Shown here: positions 21,065-33,145 of the stretch, piece by piece
How positions within the stretch are numbered: the first letter of the stretch is position 1
Layout of the letters: the number at the start of each line of letters is the position of its first letter
Assembly (NCBI GenBank): GCA_016871615.1
Contig: VHCX01000006.1
Span: forward strand, 5,171 to 69,170
DNA: 64,000 nucleotides
DNA from: Verrucomicrobiota bacterium
GTDB taxonomy: Bacteria; Verrucomicrobiota; Verrucomicrobiia; Limisphaerales; UBA9464
Direction: 5' to 3'
Notes under the pieces: generated by a model
What the model saw: the letters and a program-made list of their open reading frames with translations, nothing else
Database searches by the model: none
Told to the model about the DNA's origin: nothing
Program-made: the position numbers and the translations under genes

Positions 21065-22638
21065 TCAGTGTCTGGATTGGGCCGGTGTGCCCGGGGAGTG
21101 GGCGGAGGCGGCCGGGGCGGGAGCCTCGGATCCGGCCGGGGCGGCCGGGGACGACGCCCGATGGGCCGCGACCACGACCCTTGCCGCAGGTTCGATGCGG
21201 GTGGTCAGGAGGCCCGGGGCGACCCCGAAGAGCACCATCGCGGCCAGCAGCACCACGAAGGGCAGCCGGCGCCAGTACCCGGTGTCGGCGACGCGGGCGA
21301 ACTCGGGCCTCTCCGGCCCCTGCAGCACCGCGCGCAAGGCGCGGAGCATGGCCACGGCCCCGATGACCAGGCCGCTCCAGGCGGCGATGACCACCAGGAG
21401 GGGAAGCGCCTTCCAGGCACCGAAGAGGATGGTGGCCTCCCCGGCGAAATTGGCGAAGCCGGGCAGGCCACAGCCGGCCATGAAGCCCATCACCAGCGCC
21501 GTGCCGTAGAAGGGCATCCTGCGCAACAGGCCGCCCATGCGGGTCATGTCGAGGGTTCCGGTCTGGGTCTCGAGGTAGCCGCTGAGGGCGAAGCTCAGGG
21601 CCGCCAGGAGCGCGTGGGCCACCATGAGCAGGACGGTGCCGGTGACCCCGATGACCGTCAGGCTGGCGATGCCGAGGAAGGCGAAGCCCATGTGCGCGAG
21701 GCTCGAGTTGCCGATGAGCAGGTTCATGTCCTTCTGGCGGAGGGCCACCCAGGCGCAATGCAGCAGGTTGCCGATCGCCAGCACCGCCACCAGCGGCAGC
21801 CAGCGGCTGGCGCCCTCGGGCATCAGGGGCACCGCCACCCGGAGGATCGCATAGAGGCCGGCCTTCTTGAGGATGCCGGCGTGCATCATCGCCGTGGCCG
21901 TGGGGGCGGCGGCGTAGCCCAGCGGCGCCCAGGAGTGGAAGGGGAAGAGCCCGACCAGCACGGCGAAGCCGAACACCACCAGCGGGAAGATCCACACCTG
22001 CGCCGCCACCGGCAGAGGGTGGGCGGCCAGATGCCGCTGCAGCACGGTGACATCGAGGCTGTCGGCCCCGGCGGCGACATACAAGGCCACCAGGCCGACC
22101 AGCGCCGTGAGCGCGCCGAGCGTGAGATACAGGGTAATCTTGAAGGCGGCCCAGTTGCGGTCCTCGCCCCGTCCCCAGACGCCGATCATGATGAAGGTCG
22201 GCACCAGGGCCAGCTCGTTGAAGAAGTAGAAGAGCACCAGGTCGAGCGAGGCGAAGGCCCCCATCGCGCCGGAGATCATCAGCATGAGCAGCACGTAGAA
22301 GAGCTTCACATGGCGCTCGATGTTCCAGGACACCAGCACCGCCGCCAGGCCCACCAGGCCGGTGACGAGGATGAGCCCGATGTTCAGGCCGTCGGCCCCG
22401 ACGTGGTAGGCGAGCTTCATGGGCCCCACCGTCACCCAGGGCACCATCGACTCGAACTGCAGGCCGGCCTCGCCGGGGTGGAAGCGGGAGAAGAGGCCGA
22501 TGGCGGTCCAGGCCGTGAGGGCCGAGCCGACGATGGCCACCGCACGCAGCACGACCCGCAGGTTGCCGGGCACCAGCAGCAGCAGCAGGGCCGTGACGAC
22601 CGGGGTGAGGAGGACGGGGGTCAGGGAGTCCATGGCGG

Positions 22639-22642
<4 letters not shown>
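21065..22642 (-). CDS. nuoM: NADH-quinone oxidoreductase subunit M
   Basis: FYFFNELALVP, FPFHSWAP, GLPGFANFAGE; operon position. Confidence 0.93.
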
Positions 22643-24606
<1,964 letters not shown>

Positions 24607-24616
24607 GGGCAATCGG

Positions 24617-24922
24617 TCAGAGTTTCAGGGTGGTCAGGTCCTCCACATCCGCCGTCTGGCGCTTGCGGTACAACGCCACGAGGAGCGCCAGGCCCACGGC
24701 CACCTCGGCGGCCGCGACCGTGATGATGAAGAACACCATCACCTGGCCGTTGAGGTTGTTGTGGAACCGGGAGAAGGCCACGAGGGCGAGGTTGGCGGCG
24801 TTGAGCATGAGCTCGAGGCCCATGTAGACCACGAAGAGGTTGCGGCGCGCGACCACGCCAAGCAGGCCGAGGCTGAAGAGCAGCGCGCTGACGATCAGGT
24901 AGTGGTGGAGTCCGGGGATCAC
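24617..24922 (-). CDS. nuoK: NADH-quinone oxidoreductase subunit K
   Basis: [20 protein letters not shown]. Confidence 0.95.
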   Translation of the reverse strand: MIPGLHHYLIVSALLFSLGLLGVVARRNLFVVYMGLELMLNAANLALVAFSRFHNNLNGQVMVFFIITVAAAEVAVGLALLVALYRKRQTADVEDLTTLKL

Positions 24923-24967
24923 GGGAAGGGAGGCTGGAGGAGGGTTCGGCGGGCGGAGGGGAGGGGC

Positions 24968-25480
24968 CTAGCGGAGGTCCTTCTTGGTGATCAGGATGGC
25001 CCCGACCGTGGCGACCAGGAGAAGCAGCGACAGGATTTCGAAGGGCAGGATGTGCGACTCGAAGAGCAGCCGGCCCAGCGCCTTGGTCTCCCCCTCGGCG
25101 AGGCGACCGGCCGGCGCCGCGGCCGGCACGGTCTTCACCACCGCAGCCACGAGGGTGCCGGCGATGGCCAGCGCGGAGAGTCCGCCCAGGCCCACGGCCA
25201 CCTGGTTGAAGTGGCGGCGCTCATCCTCCTTGAGGTCGAGCAGCATGATGACGAAGAGGAAGACCACCATGACGGCGCCCGCGTAGACCAGGATCTGCAC
25301 GGCCGCCAGGAAGAAGGCATGCAGCAGCACGAACAGGCCGGCCATCGAGAGGATGGTCAACACCAGGAACATGGCGCTGGTGACCGGGCTGCGGCTCAGC
25401 GGGTTGAGCACGGTCAGGAAGCCAAAGAGCAGGGTCAGCCCGGCCAGAGCGTAGAACAGGAGGTCGGTGAACTGGGGCAT
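24968..25480 (-). CDS. nuoJ: NADH-quinone oxidoreductase subunit J
   Basis: QILVYAGAVMVVFLFVIMLL, LPFEILSLLLL. Confidence 0.95.
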   Translation of the reverse strand: MPQFTDLLFYALAGLTLLFGFLTVLNPLSRSPVTSAMFLVLTILSMAGLFVLLHAFFLAAVQILVYAGAVMVVFLFVIMLLDLKEDERRHFNQVAVGLGGLSALAIAGTLVAAVVKTVPAAAPAGRLAEGETKALGRLLFESHILPFEILSLLLLVATVGAILITKKDLR

Positions 25481-25522
25481 GTCGGGAAGGGCGGGTTCTC
25501 CGGTAAGGGCTCTGGGCGACGG

Positions 25523-26092
25523 CTATGGGGTTTCGACCGGGAAGCTCTCCTGGGCACGGGCCTCCTCGAGCTTGTGCTTCCACTTCTGGATGCCGGCGTG
25601 GGTGCCGCCCAGCGACAGGAGCTTCTCCTTGTTGAAGATCATCGATTCACGGTTCTCGCCCGTGATCGAGTAGTCCTTCTGCAGGAAGATGGCCTCCTCG
25701 GGGCAGACCTCCTGGCACATGCCGCAGAAGATGCACCGGAGCATGTTGATCTCGAACTCCCGGGGCATCTTCTCGGCGTTGGCCCGGTCGGCGGGCCGCC
25801 CCTCGGACCCAGGCGGGGTGATGCGGATGGCCTTGGGCGGGCACACGAACTCGCAGAGCTGGCAGCTCACGCACTTGGTGGCCCCGTCTTGGTCCTTCAC
25901 CAGGTAGGGCGCGCCGCGGTAGCCCTCGGGCACCACCCAGCGTTCCTCCGGGTACTGCATCGTGACGGCCTTGCCCTTGAAGACCGTGTCCGCGAAGTGC
26001 TTGGCCGTGACCTTGAGGCCGCCGAGGATGGCCGGCAGGTAGGTGCGCTCGTAGAAGGTCAGCGGGGCGCGATCAACGACTTTGGTGCTCAT
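25523..26092 (-). CDS. nuoI: NADH-quinone oxidoreductase subunit I
   Basis: TMQYPEE, CVSCQLCEFVCP, RCIFCGMCQEVCP. Confidence 0.95.
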   Translation of the reverse strand: MSTKVVDRAPLTFYERTYLPAILGGLKVTAKHFADTVFKGKAVTMQYPEERWVVPEGYRGAPYLVKDQDGATKCVSCQLCEFVCPPKAIRITPPGSEGRPADRANAEKMPREFEINMLRCIFCGMCQEVCPEEAIFLQKDYSITGENRESMIFNKEKLLSLGGTHAGIQKWKHKLEEARAQESFPVETP

Positions 26093-26106
26093 AGATGGGG
26101 GGCGGG

Positions 26107-27198
26107 TCAGTGGTTGAACAGGGCGACCACGACGGCGGTCACGACGATGTTGGCCAGGGCCAGCGGGATGAACCGGCGCCAGCCCAGGTCCATGAGCTGG
26201 TCGTAGCGGAAGCGCGGGAGCATCCAGCGCACCCAGATGAACACGACCATGAAGAAGGCCATCTTGGCGAGGAAGACGCCGATGTGCACCAGGCCCAGCA
26301 GGAGCGACCCGGCCGGCAGGTTCAGCGCATCGATGAACGGCAGCGTCCAGCCGCCGAGGAACAGCGTCACCATCATGGCCGCCGAGGCGATCATGTTGGC
26401 GTACTCGCCCAGGAAGAAGAGCGCGAACTTCATCGAGCTGTACTCGGTGTGGTAGCCGCCCACGAGCTCGGACTCGGACTCGGGCAGGTCGAAGGGCAGG
26501 CGGTTGGTCTCGGCGAAGGCGGCGATGAGGAAGATCACGAAGGCCAGGGGCTGCTTGAGGATCATCCAGCCGTGCTCGGCCTGGTAGCGGATGATCTCCG
26601 ACAGGTTGAGGCTCTCGGTGAGCAGGAAGATCGGCACCACGCTCATGCCCATGGCGATCTCGTAGGAGATCATCTGGGCGCTGGAGCGGATGCTGCCGAG
26701 GAAGGGGTACTTGGAGTTGGAACCGTAGCCCGCCAGCACGATGCCGTAGACGCCGAGGGAGACGATGCCGAAGGTGTAGAGGATACCTACGTTGAGGTCG
26801 GCGATGACCATCTTCTGGCCGCCCAGATTGGATCCGAAGGGGATGACCGCGATGGTCAGCAGCGCCGGGATGACGGTGATGGCCGGCGCCAGCCAGAAGT
26901 ACACCTTGCGCACGTAGCTCGGGGTGAAGTCCTCCTTGAGCAGGAACTTCAGGCCGTCAGCCGCCGGCTGGAAGATGCCCAGCTTCACGAGGAACGGCCC
27001 GATGACCGGCAGGTAGTCGACGAAGAACGGGGCCGTGCGGTTGGGACCGACGCGGTCCTGGATCCACGCCGAGACCTTGCGCTCGACGAGCACCGCGTAG
27101 GCGACGGCCGTCATCACCACGCCGAAGACCACGCCGATCTTCAGCGCGCTGAAGAGGATCATCTGCGCGGTCGGACTGAGGTAGTTGATCGCTTCCAT
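26107..27198 (-). CDS. nuoH: NADH-quinone oxidoreductase subunit H
   Basis: ERKVSAWIQDRVGPNR, AETNRLPFDLPESESELV, PRFRYDQLM. Confidence 0.96.
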   Translation of the reverse strand: MEAINYLSPTAQMILFSALKIGVVFGVVMTAVAYAVLVERKVSAWIQDRVGPNRTAPFFVDYLPVIGPFLVKLGIFQPAADGLKFLLKEDFTPSYVRKVYFWLAPAITVIPALLTIAVIPFGSNLGGQKMVIADLNVGILYTFGIVSLGVYGIVLAGYGSNSKYPFLGSIRSSAQMISYEIAMGMSVVPIFLLTESLNLSEIIRYQAEHGWMILKQPLAFVIFLIAAFAETNRLPFDLPESESELVGGYHTEYSSMKFALFFLGEYANMIASAAMMVTLFLGGWTLPFIDALNLPAGSLLLGLVHIGVFLAKMAFFMVVFIWVRWMLPRFRYDQLMDLGWRRFIPLALANIVVTAVVVALFNH

Positions 27199-27204
27199 GG
27201 TCGC

Positions 27205-28947
27205 TCAGAGTTGCACCGTGACGCCGGCGTCGCCGATCCTGGCCCACTCGACCCCGGCGAAGGCCGGTACCCCGGCGGCCATGCGGTTGAAGAGCCCCTC
27301 GATGCTGCGGGCCGGCTCCTCGCCGGTCACGGCCTGCACCAGTTCCTGCAGGAACTCCGACTCGGGCCGGGCGTCGCCCGGAGGCTCGACCGCCTTCTGG
27401 AAGCGCTGCAGGCGGCCCTTGACGTTGACGAAGGTGCCGCGTTTCTCGGCATGGGCCGCGCCGGGGAGCAGCAGGGTGGCCGCGGCCGTCGTGGCGTTGG
27501 GCAGGATGTCGCTGACGATCAGCGCGTCGAGCTTGGCCAGGAGTTCGGGCCCAAGGCCCTCGCGGGTGAGGTCCTCGCCGAAGACTACGAGGGTCCGGAT
27601 GCGACCCAGGGCGATGCCGTCGGCGATCTTCAGGAGGTTGAAGCCGAACTCCGTGAAGGCCATGCCGGTCAGGCGCACGCCGTTGCTGTTGGGGTTGCGG
27701 TCGGCGCTCACCAGCAGCCGGTCGGGATCGCCCTCGCGCGGCACCGAGTCGGTCAGGGCGCCGGTGTGGGTGGCGAGCTTCTTGAGCAGGAAGAGTTCCT
27801 CGTTGGTCTGACGGGCCGAAACCACGAAGGCCACGCCGCCCTGGGGAGCCCGCCGCAGGATGTCGGCGGCCGTCTCGAGGGCGGCATTCCAAGTGATGCG
27901 CTCGCGCGGGCCGCCAGAGGAGGTCCGCAGCACTTCCTTGAGCCGGTCGGCACGGCCGATCCATCGGTAGTTGAGCCGGCCGCTGTCGCACATCCACGGG
28001 CCGTTGACCGCGTCGTTGTCGCGCGGCTCGTAGCGGTGGATGACCCCCTCGCGGGATCCGATGGTGATGTTGCAGCCGGTGCCGCAGCTGGTGCAGAGGC
28101 TCTTGGTCTCCTTCAGGAACCAGACCCGCATCTTGAAGCGGAAATCCTTGGAGGTCAGCGCGCCCACCGGGCAGAGGTCCACGGTGTTGAGCGTGTAGTT
28201 GTTGTCGAACCTGCCCGGCTCGAAGGCGCCGATGGTGTTGTAGGAACCGCGGTTGACGATACCCAGGGCGTCGTCGCCGGCGATGTCGCGGGTGAAGCGG
28301 ATGCAGCGGGTGCAAAGGATGCAGCGCTCGTCGTCGAGCACGATGCGCGGCCCGAGGTCCACGGCCTTGGGCTTGTGCACCTTGGCCTCGACGAACTGGC
28401 TGCCGGCCTTGCCGTGCTGCACCGAGTACTCCTGCAGCTTGCACTCACCGGCCTGGTCGCAGATCGTGCAATCCAGCGGGTGGTTGATGAGCAACGACTC
28501 GAGCACCGACTCCCGCATCTGCTGGGTCGCCTTGGAATCGGCGTAAATCTCCATGCCCGGCGAGATGGGCGTGGCGCAGGCGATGGCCCCGCGCGCCGTG
28601 CCCGGCTCGTAGGGCAGCACCGACCGGGCGATCTTGGGCGTGCCGTCCTCGTTGAGCACCGGCTTTCGGTCCGGGCCGATCATGGGCGTGCCGAACTCCA
28701 CCAGGCACATGCGGCAGTTGCCCGCCACGGGAAGCTTGTCGTGGTAGCAGTAGTGCGGGATGTCCACGCCGGCGATCCTGGCCGCCTGGAGCATGGTCGT
28801 CGGGGCGGGCTTGCCCTGCCAGTCGGGCATGGTCTTGGGCACCTGCACGGTCTTGCCGTTGACCTTCACGGTCATGGTCTCGACCGGCGGGGCCGCCGGG
28901 GCGGGGGCGGGGGCCGGGGGCGTGGAGGGGGCAGCGGGGGCGGACAT
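27205..28947 (-). CDS. nuoG: NADH-quinone oxidoreductase subunit G (short form)
   Basis: HYCYH...GNCRMC, HPLDCTICDQAGEC, CILCTRC, DLCPVGAL, CTSCGTGC. Confidence 0.92.
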   Translation of the reverse strand: MSAPAAPSTPPAPAPAPAAPPVETMTVKVNGKTVQVPKTMPDWQGKPAPTTMLQAARIAGVDIPHYCYHDKLPVAGNCRMCLVEFGTPMIGPDRKPVLNEDGTPKIARSVLPYEPGTARGAIACATPISPGMEIYADSKATQQMRESVLESLLINHPLDCTICDQAGECKLQEYSVQHGKAGSQFVEAKVHKPKAVDLGPRIVLDDERCILCTRCIRFTRDIAGDDALGIVNRGSYNTIGAFEPGRFDNNYTLNTVDLCPVGALTSKDFRFKMRVWFLKETKSLCTSCGTGCNITIGSREGVIHRYEPRDNDAVNGPWMCDSGRLNYRWIGRADRLKEVLRTSSGGPRERITWNAALETAADILRRAPQGGVAFVVSARQTNEELFLLKKLATHTGALTDSVPREGDPDRLLVSADRNPNSNGVRLTGMAFTEFGFNLLKIADGIALGRIRTLVVFGEDLTREGLGPELLAKLDALIVSDILPNATTAAATLLLPGAAHAEKRGTFVNVKGRLQRFQKAVEPPGDARPESEFLQELVQAVTGEEPARSIEGLFNRMAAGVPAFAGVEWARIGDAGVTVQL

Positions 28948-28953
28948 CGGAGA

Positions 28954-30381
28954 TCAGTGGGTTGGAAGGCTTCCTGCCGCCGGGCGGACGGAGCCACGGG
29001 CGTTCGCGTGGGCCGCCTCGTCGGCCGCGCCCTGGGCCTCGAACTCGTCGCGGAACTTCTTCACGAAGCTCAGGACCGGCCAGGAGGCCGCCTCGCCGAA
29101 GGCGCAGATGGTGCGGCCCTGGATGTTCTGGGCGATGTGGGTGAGGTAGTCGGCGTCGGCCTTGCGTCCCTCGCCATGGCAGAGGCGGTGGGTCGCCTTC
29201 GCCAGCCACAGGGCACCCTCGCGGCACGGCGTGCACTGGCCGCAGCTCTCGTGGGCGTAGAACTCGGAAAGGTTGCCCAGCGTCTCGACCATGCTGCGCG
29301 AGTCGTCGAGCACGATGATGGCGCTCGAGCCCGACATGGTGCCGGCCTGCTGCAGGGAATCGAAGTCGTAGGGCAGGTCGAGCAGCGGCACGTCGACCTT
29401 GGTCATCTGACCGTCGGCCCCCTTGTGGTTGAGTTTGAAGACCTCGCCGGCCTTCAGGACCTTCGAGGACGAACCACCGGGGATGATCGCCTTGAGCGAC
29501 CGGCCCGCCTTGAGCCCGCCGCCGAAGTTCTGGTCGAAGATCAGCTCGCCCAGCGTGACCCGGCCGACCTGAATCTCGTAGTAGCCGGGCCTCCGCACGT
29601 CGCCGCTGAGGCTCACGATCCGGGTGCCGGTGTTGTTGGGCGTGCCCAGCTTGGCGTACTCGGCCGGACCCATGAGCACGATGTGCTTCACGTGGCACAG
29701 GGTCTCGACGTTGTTGACGATCGTCGGGCACATGTAGAGCCCGAGGACGGCCGGGAAGTACGGGGGCTTGATGCGCGGGTAGGCCCGCTTGCCCTCGAGG
29801 GACTCGATGAGTCCGGTCTCCTCGCCGCAGATGTAGGCGCCCGCGCCGCGGTGCACGTGGATCTCCAGGTCGTAGCCGGTGCCCAGGATGTTCTTGCCGA
29901 GGAAGCCGGCCGCACGGGCCTCCTTGAGCGCCTGGTTCAGCAGCTTGGCCCCGTGCGGCATCTCGCCCCGGATGTAGATGTAGGCCAGCTTCACGTCGTT
30001 GGCCCAGCAGGAGAGGATCATCCCCTCGATGAGCTGGTGCGGATCCTTGTGAAGGATCTGGCGGTCCTTGAACGTGCCGGGCTCGGACTCGTCGGCGTTG
30101 CAGATGAGGTAGATGGGCTTGCCGCTGCGGCGGTCCACGAAGCTCCACTTCAGGCCGGCCGAGAAGCCAGCGCCGCCGCGACCGCGCAATCCCGAGGCCT
30201 TGACGTCCTCGCGCAGCGCCTCCTGCGGGCTAAGCTTCTTGCCGTCGGGCAGCTCGCGGGGCGGCATGGCCAGCGCCCGCTTCAGGGCCTCATAGCCGCC
30301 ATGGCGCTGATAGCACCCGATGTCCGGGGTGTAGCCCGGCTCGTCGAGGTTTTTGAGGATCAGTTTGAAGGGTTCGGGCAT
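28954..30381 (-). CDS. nuoF: NADH-quinone oxidoreductase subunit F
   Basis: GLRGRGGAGF, NADESEPGTFKD, GAGAYICGEET, SCGQCTPC. Start MPEPF at 30381 after AAGGAAAG. Confidence 0.95.
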   Translation of the reverse strand: MPEPFKLILKNLDEPGYTPDIGCYQRHGGYEALKRALAMPPRELPDGKKLSPQEALREDVKASGLRGRGGAGFSAGLKWSFVDRRSGKPIYLICNADESEPGTFKDRQILHKDPHQLIEGMILSCWANDVKLAYIYIRGEMPHGAKLLNQALKEARAAGFLGKNILGTGYDLEIHVHRGAGAYICGEETGLIESLEGKRAYPRIKPPYFPAVLGLYMCPTIVNNVETLCHVKHIVLMGPAEYAKLGTPNNTGTRIVSLSGDVRRPGYYEIQVGRVTLGELIFDQNFGGGLKAGRSLKAIIPGGSSSKVLKAGEVFKLNHKGADGQMTKVDVPLLDLPYDFDSLQQAGTMSGSSAIIVLDDSRSMVETLGNLSEFYAHESCGQCTPCREGALWLAKATHRLCHGEGRKADADYLTHIAQNIQGRTICAFGEAASWPVLSFVKKFRDEFEAQGAADEAAHANARGSVRPAAGSLPTH

Positions 30382-30389
30382 AGCTTTCC

Positions 30390-30417
30390 TTGACTCGGCG
30401 TCAGTTCCCAATAAGAT
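30390..30417 (+). promoter_or_regulatory. Sigma70-like promoter for tRNA-Gln
   Basis: TTGACT-N16-TAAGAT, 18 nt upstream of the tRNA. Confidence 0.6.
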
Positions 30418-30435
30418 CGTGACTTCAGTTCCGGC

Positions 30436-30509
30436 TGCCCGATGGTGTAATGGTAGCACAACAGTCTCTGAATCTGTTTGTCATGGTTCGAATCCATGTC
30501 GGGCAACCA
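30436..30509 (+). tRNA. tRNA-Gln (anticodon CTG)
   Basis: TGCCCGA/TCGGGCA acceptor stem, D-arm GGTGTAATGGTAGCAC, loop CT-CTG-AA, T-arm CATGGTTCGAATCCATG, encoded CCA. Confidence 0.93.
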
Positions 30510-30536
30510 CTCCCCCGGACCGACTTTCCTCTGCTG

Positions 30537-30564
30537 AGCCCGACTGCCTGCGATCGGGTTTTTT
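30537..30564 (+). terminator. Rho-independent terminator after tRNA
   Basis: AGCCCGA...TCGGGTT stem followed by a T run. Confidence 0.65.
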
Positions 30565-30731
30565 CGATCTGAGTTTGTCCGGTCTGATAATCTCCGATCC
30601 GCTTCCCTGCGATCGAAGTCCCACCGGACGAGACTCCCACGGCCGACCCGGGCCGGGACCGCAACGCCACACCTGGGCCCGGGGCCCCCGCGCGGACGAT
30701 GGAATGGTGGACCGTGGCGCTCATGTCTGCC

Positions 30732-31223
30732 TCAGGCGGCCTGCCCGTTCTTGAGGATGGCCTCGGCCTCGGCCGCGCCCACCTGGTGGTGCAGGTCCCC
30801 GTTGACGAGCACCACGGGAGCCGTGCCGCAGCTGGCCAGGCACTCCACGAACTCCACCGTGAACCTGCCGTCGGGGGTGGTCTGCGGGGCATGGGCATGG
30901 GCATCGAGGCCCAACCGGGTGCAGAACTGCTCCCGCAATTCGGCGCTGCCGGCCAGGGCGCAGCTGAGGGTGCGGCACACCTTGATCTGCGTCCGGCCCA
31001 GCGGTTCCTGACGGAACATGGGGTAGAAGGTCACCAGCTCCTGCACATTGATCGGCTGGAGCCCCAGCTTGCGGGCGGTCCACTCCACGGCCTCCTTCGA
31101 GATGTACCCGAAGTGCTCCTGCAGGGCGTGCAGGAACATGAGCGAGGCGCTCCGCTGGACCGGATAGTGGGTGGTGAGCTCGTCAAGCTCGGCTTCCAAA
31201 CTGGCGGGGACGGAAAAGCTCAT
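30732..31223 (-). CDS. nuoE: NADH-quinone oxidoreductase subunit E
   Basis: VTFYPMF, VCRTLSC, VECLASCGTAP. Start MSFSVP at 31223. Confidence 0.93.
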   Translation of the reverse strand: MSFSVPASLEAELDELTTHYPVQRSASLMFLHALQEHFGYISKEAVEWTARKLGLQPINVQELVTFYPMFRQEPLGRTQIKVCRTLSCALAGSAELREQFCTRLGLDAHAHAPQTTPDGRFTVEFVECLASCGTAPVVLVNGDLHHQVGAAEAEAILKNGQAA

Positions 31224-31246
31224 CGTTGAAGTCCGTTGAAGTCGGG

Positions 31247-32539
31247 TCATCGGTCGCACTCGCCCATCACGAAGTCGAAGGAACCCAGGATGGAGACCAC
31301 GTCGCTCATGAGGTGGCCCGGCAACACCGCCGGCAGGATGCCGAGGTTCACGAACGACGGGGCGCGGATCTTGAGGCGGTAGGGCGTGCCGCCCCCGCGG
31401 CTGTTGATGTAGAAACCCAGTTCGCCCTTGGGGTTCTCGGCCCCGAAGTAGACCTCGCCTGGCGGCGCGTTGACGCCCTGGGTGACGATCATGAACTGGT
31501 GGATGAGCTCCTCCATGCTGGTCAGCACCTTGTTCTTGGGCGGGAGCACCACCTTGCCGTCGGCCACGTTGACGGGCTCCTTGCCGGCGTTTTCGGGGCC
31601 GCCGGGCAGCCGGTCGAGGCACTGGCGGATGATGCGCACGCTCTGGCGCATCTCCTCCATGCGGACGAGGTACCGGTCGTAGGAGTCGCCCACCGAGCCG
31701 ACGGGAATGTCGAAGTCGAGGTCCTTGTAGACGAGGTACGGATGGGCCTTGCGGACATCGTAGTCGACGCCGCTGCCGCGCAGGTTGGGACCGGTCAGGC
31801 CGTAGTCGATGGCCATCTCGCGGGAGATCACGCCCACGTCGCGGGTGCGGTCCACGAAGATGCGGTTGCGGGTGAGCAGGGTCTCGGACTCGTCGAAATT
31901 GACCACCACCTCGTCGAGGAACCTGCGCACGGCGGCCGCCCAGCCGGGAGGGCAATCGCGGGTCATGCCGCCGATCCGGGTGTAGCTGGTGGTCAGGCGC
32001 GCCCCGGTGAGCGACTCGCACAGGTTGTAGATCTTCTCGCGCTCGGTGAAGGTGTGCAGGAACACCGTGAGGGCGCCGATGTCCATCGCGAAGGCGCCCA
32101 GGCCCAGCAGGTGGGCGGAGATGCGAGCCAGCTCGCAGCAGATCACCCGCAGGTACTGGCAGCGCGGGGGCAGCTGGGTGTCGATGCCCATGAGCCTCTC
32201 GACGGCCAGCGCGTAGGCCACATTGTTGGCCAGCGGCGCAAGGTAGTCCAACCGGTCCGTGTAGGGCACGAACTGGTTGTAGGTCATGTTCTCGGCGATC
32301 TTCTCGTCACCCCGGTGCAGATAGCCGACATCGGGCACAGCCTTGGTGATGGTCTCGCCGTCGAGCTCGATGACGATGCGCAGCACCCCGTGGGTCGAGG
32401 GGTGCGACGGGCCCATGTTGAGCACCAGCTTGTCGCCGTGGAGGTCGAGCAGGTCGTCGCCCGGGGACGCACCCCCGGCCTGCGCCGCCTGCACCGCCCG
32501 GGCCGCGGAGTCCTTGAATTCGATGGTCTGGGTCGCCAT
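31247..32539 (-). CDS. nuoD: NADH-quinone oxidoreductase subunit D
   Basis: NMGPSHPSTHGVLR, GYLHRG, DRLDY, ENPKGELG, MGECDR. Confidence 0.96.
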   Translation of the reverse strand: MATQTIEFKDSAARAVQAAQAGGASPGDDLLDLHGDKLVLNMGPSHPSTHGVLRIVIELDGETITKAVPDVGYLHRGDEKIAENMTYNQFVPYTDRLDYLAPLANNVAYALAVERLMGIDTQLPPRCQYLRVICCELARISAHLLGLGAFAMDIGALTVFLHTFTEREKIYNLCESLTGARLTTSYTRIGGMTRDCPPGWAAAVRRFLDEVVVNFDESETLLTRNRIFVDRTRDVGVISREMAIDYGLTGPNLRGSGVDYDVRKAHPYLVYKDLDFDIPVGSVGDSYDRYLVRMEEMRQSVRIIRQCLDRLPGGPENAGKEPVNVADGKVVLPPKNKVLTSMEELIHQFMIVTQGVNAPPGEVYFGAENPKGELGFYINSRGGGTPYRLKIRAPSFVNLGILPAVLPGHLMSDVVSILGSFDFVMGECDR

Positions 32540-32547
32540 GGCTGGTT

Positions 32548-33129
32548 CTATTCCTCGGGGGTGCGGACGCGCGGTTCACGGGCCGCGGAATCCCTGCCGC
32601 CGGGCAGGGTGACAAACGGCCCTCCCTCGAGCGGGGCCGGCCGGGTGAAGGCCGTGTCGGGAAGCACCGTGGGCTTGCCGGCCAGGGGGAAGTCCTTGCG
32701 CAGCGGGAAGTAGGGATAGCCCTCCCACATGAGGATGCGGCGGAGGTCGGGGTGGCCCGAGAAGACGATTCCCATCATGTCGTAGGCCTCGCGCTCGTGC
32801 CAGTCGGCCGTGCGCCAGACGCCCGAGACGGTCGGCACCTGCGAACGCTCCTCGCTGACGTGGGTCTTGAGGCGCAGATGGCACCCGTGGCCGATGCCGG
32901 AAAGCTCGTAGACCACCGTCCAGCGGGGGTCCTCGCCGTAGTTGTCGATGCTGCTCAGGTCGAGCAGCAGGTCGAAGCCCAGGGCCGCCTTGGCATGGGC
33001 GCACACCTCGGCGATGCGCTCCGCGTCGGCCACGGTCACGGTGACTTCGCCCCGGAATTCGAGGGGCCCGGAGATCAGGTCGCCAAACTTCTCACGAAGC
33101 TGGCCGGCGAGTTCGAGGGAGGTCGGCAC
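32548..33129 (-). CDS. nuoC: NADH-quinone oxidoreductase subunit C
   Basis: ADWHEREAYDMMGI.F.GHPDLRRIL, PLRKDFP. GTG start at 33129 inferred. Confidence 0.93.
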   Translation of the reverse strand: MPTSLELAGQLREKFGDLISGPLEFRGEVTVTVADAERIAEVCAHAKAALGFDLLLDLSSIDNYGEDPRWTVVYELSGIGHGCHLRLKTHVSEERSQVPTVSGVWRTADWHEREAYDMMGIVFSGHPDLRRILMWEGYPYFPLRKDFPLAGKPTVLPDTAFTRPAPLEGGPFVTLPGGRDSAAREPRVRTPEE

Positions 33130-33145
33130 GGGGAGAGCAATCGGG

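Noticed and set aside
26095-30393. Long + strand ORFs over nuo genes (also 21-1982, 13122-16244, and minus 53285-56581)
   Set aside because: Shadow frames typical of high-GC DNA; the opposite strand carries the recognisable genes.
30436-30509. tRNA as an integration site for an island
   Set aside because: No integrase and no duplicated tRNA 3' end seen; the flanks are core nuo genes.
31224-31243. CGTTGAAGTC x2 between nuoD and nuoE
   Set aside because: Only two copies; most likely a local slippage duplication.
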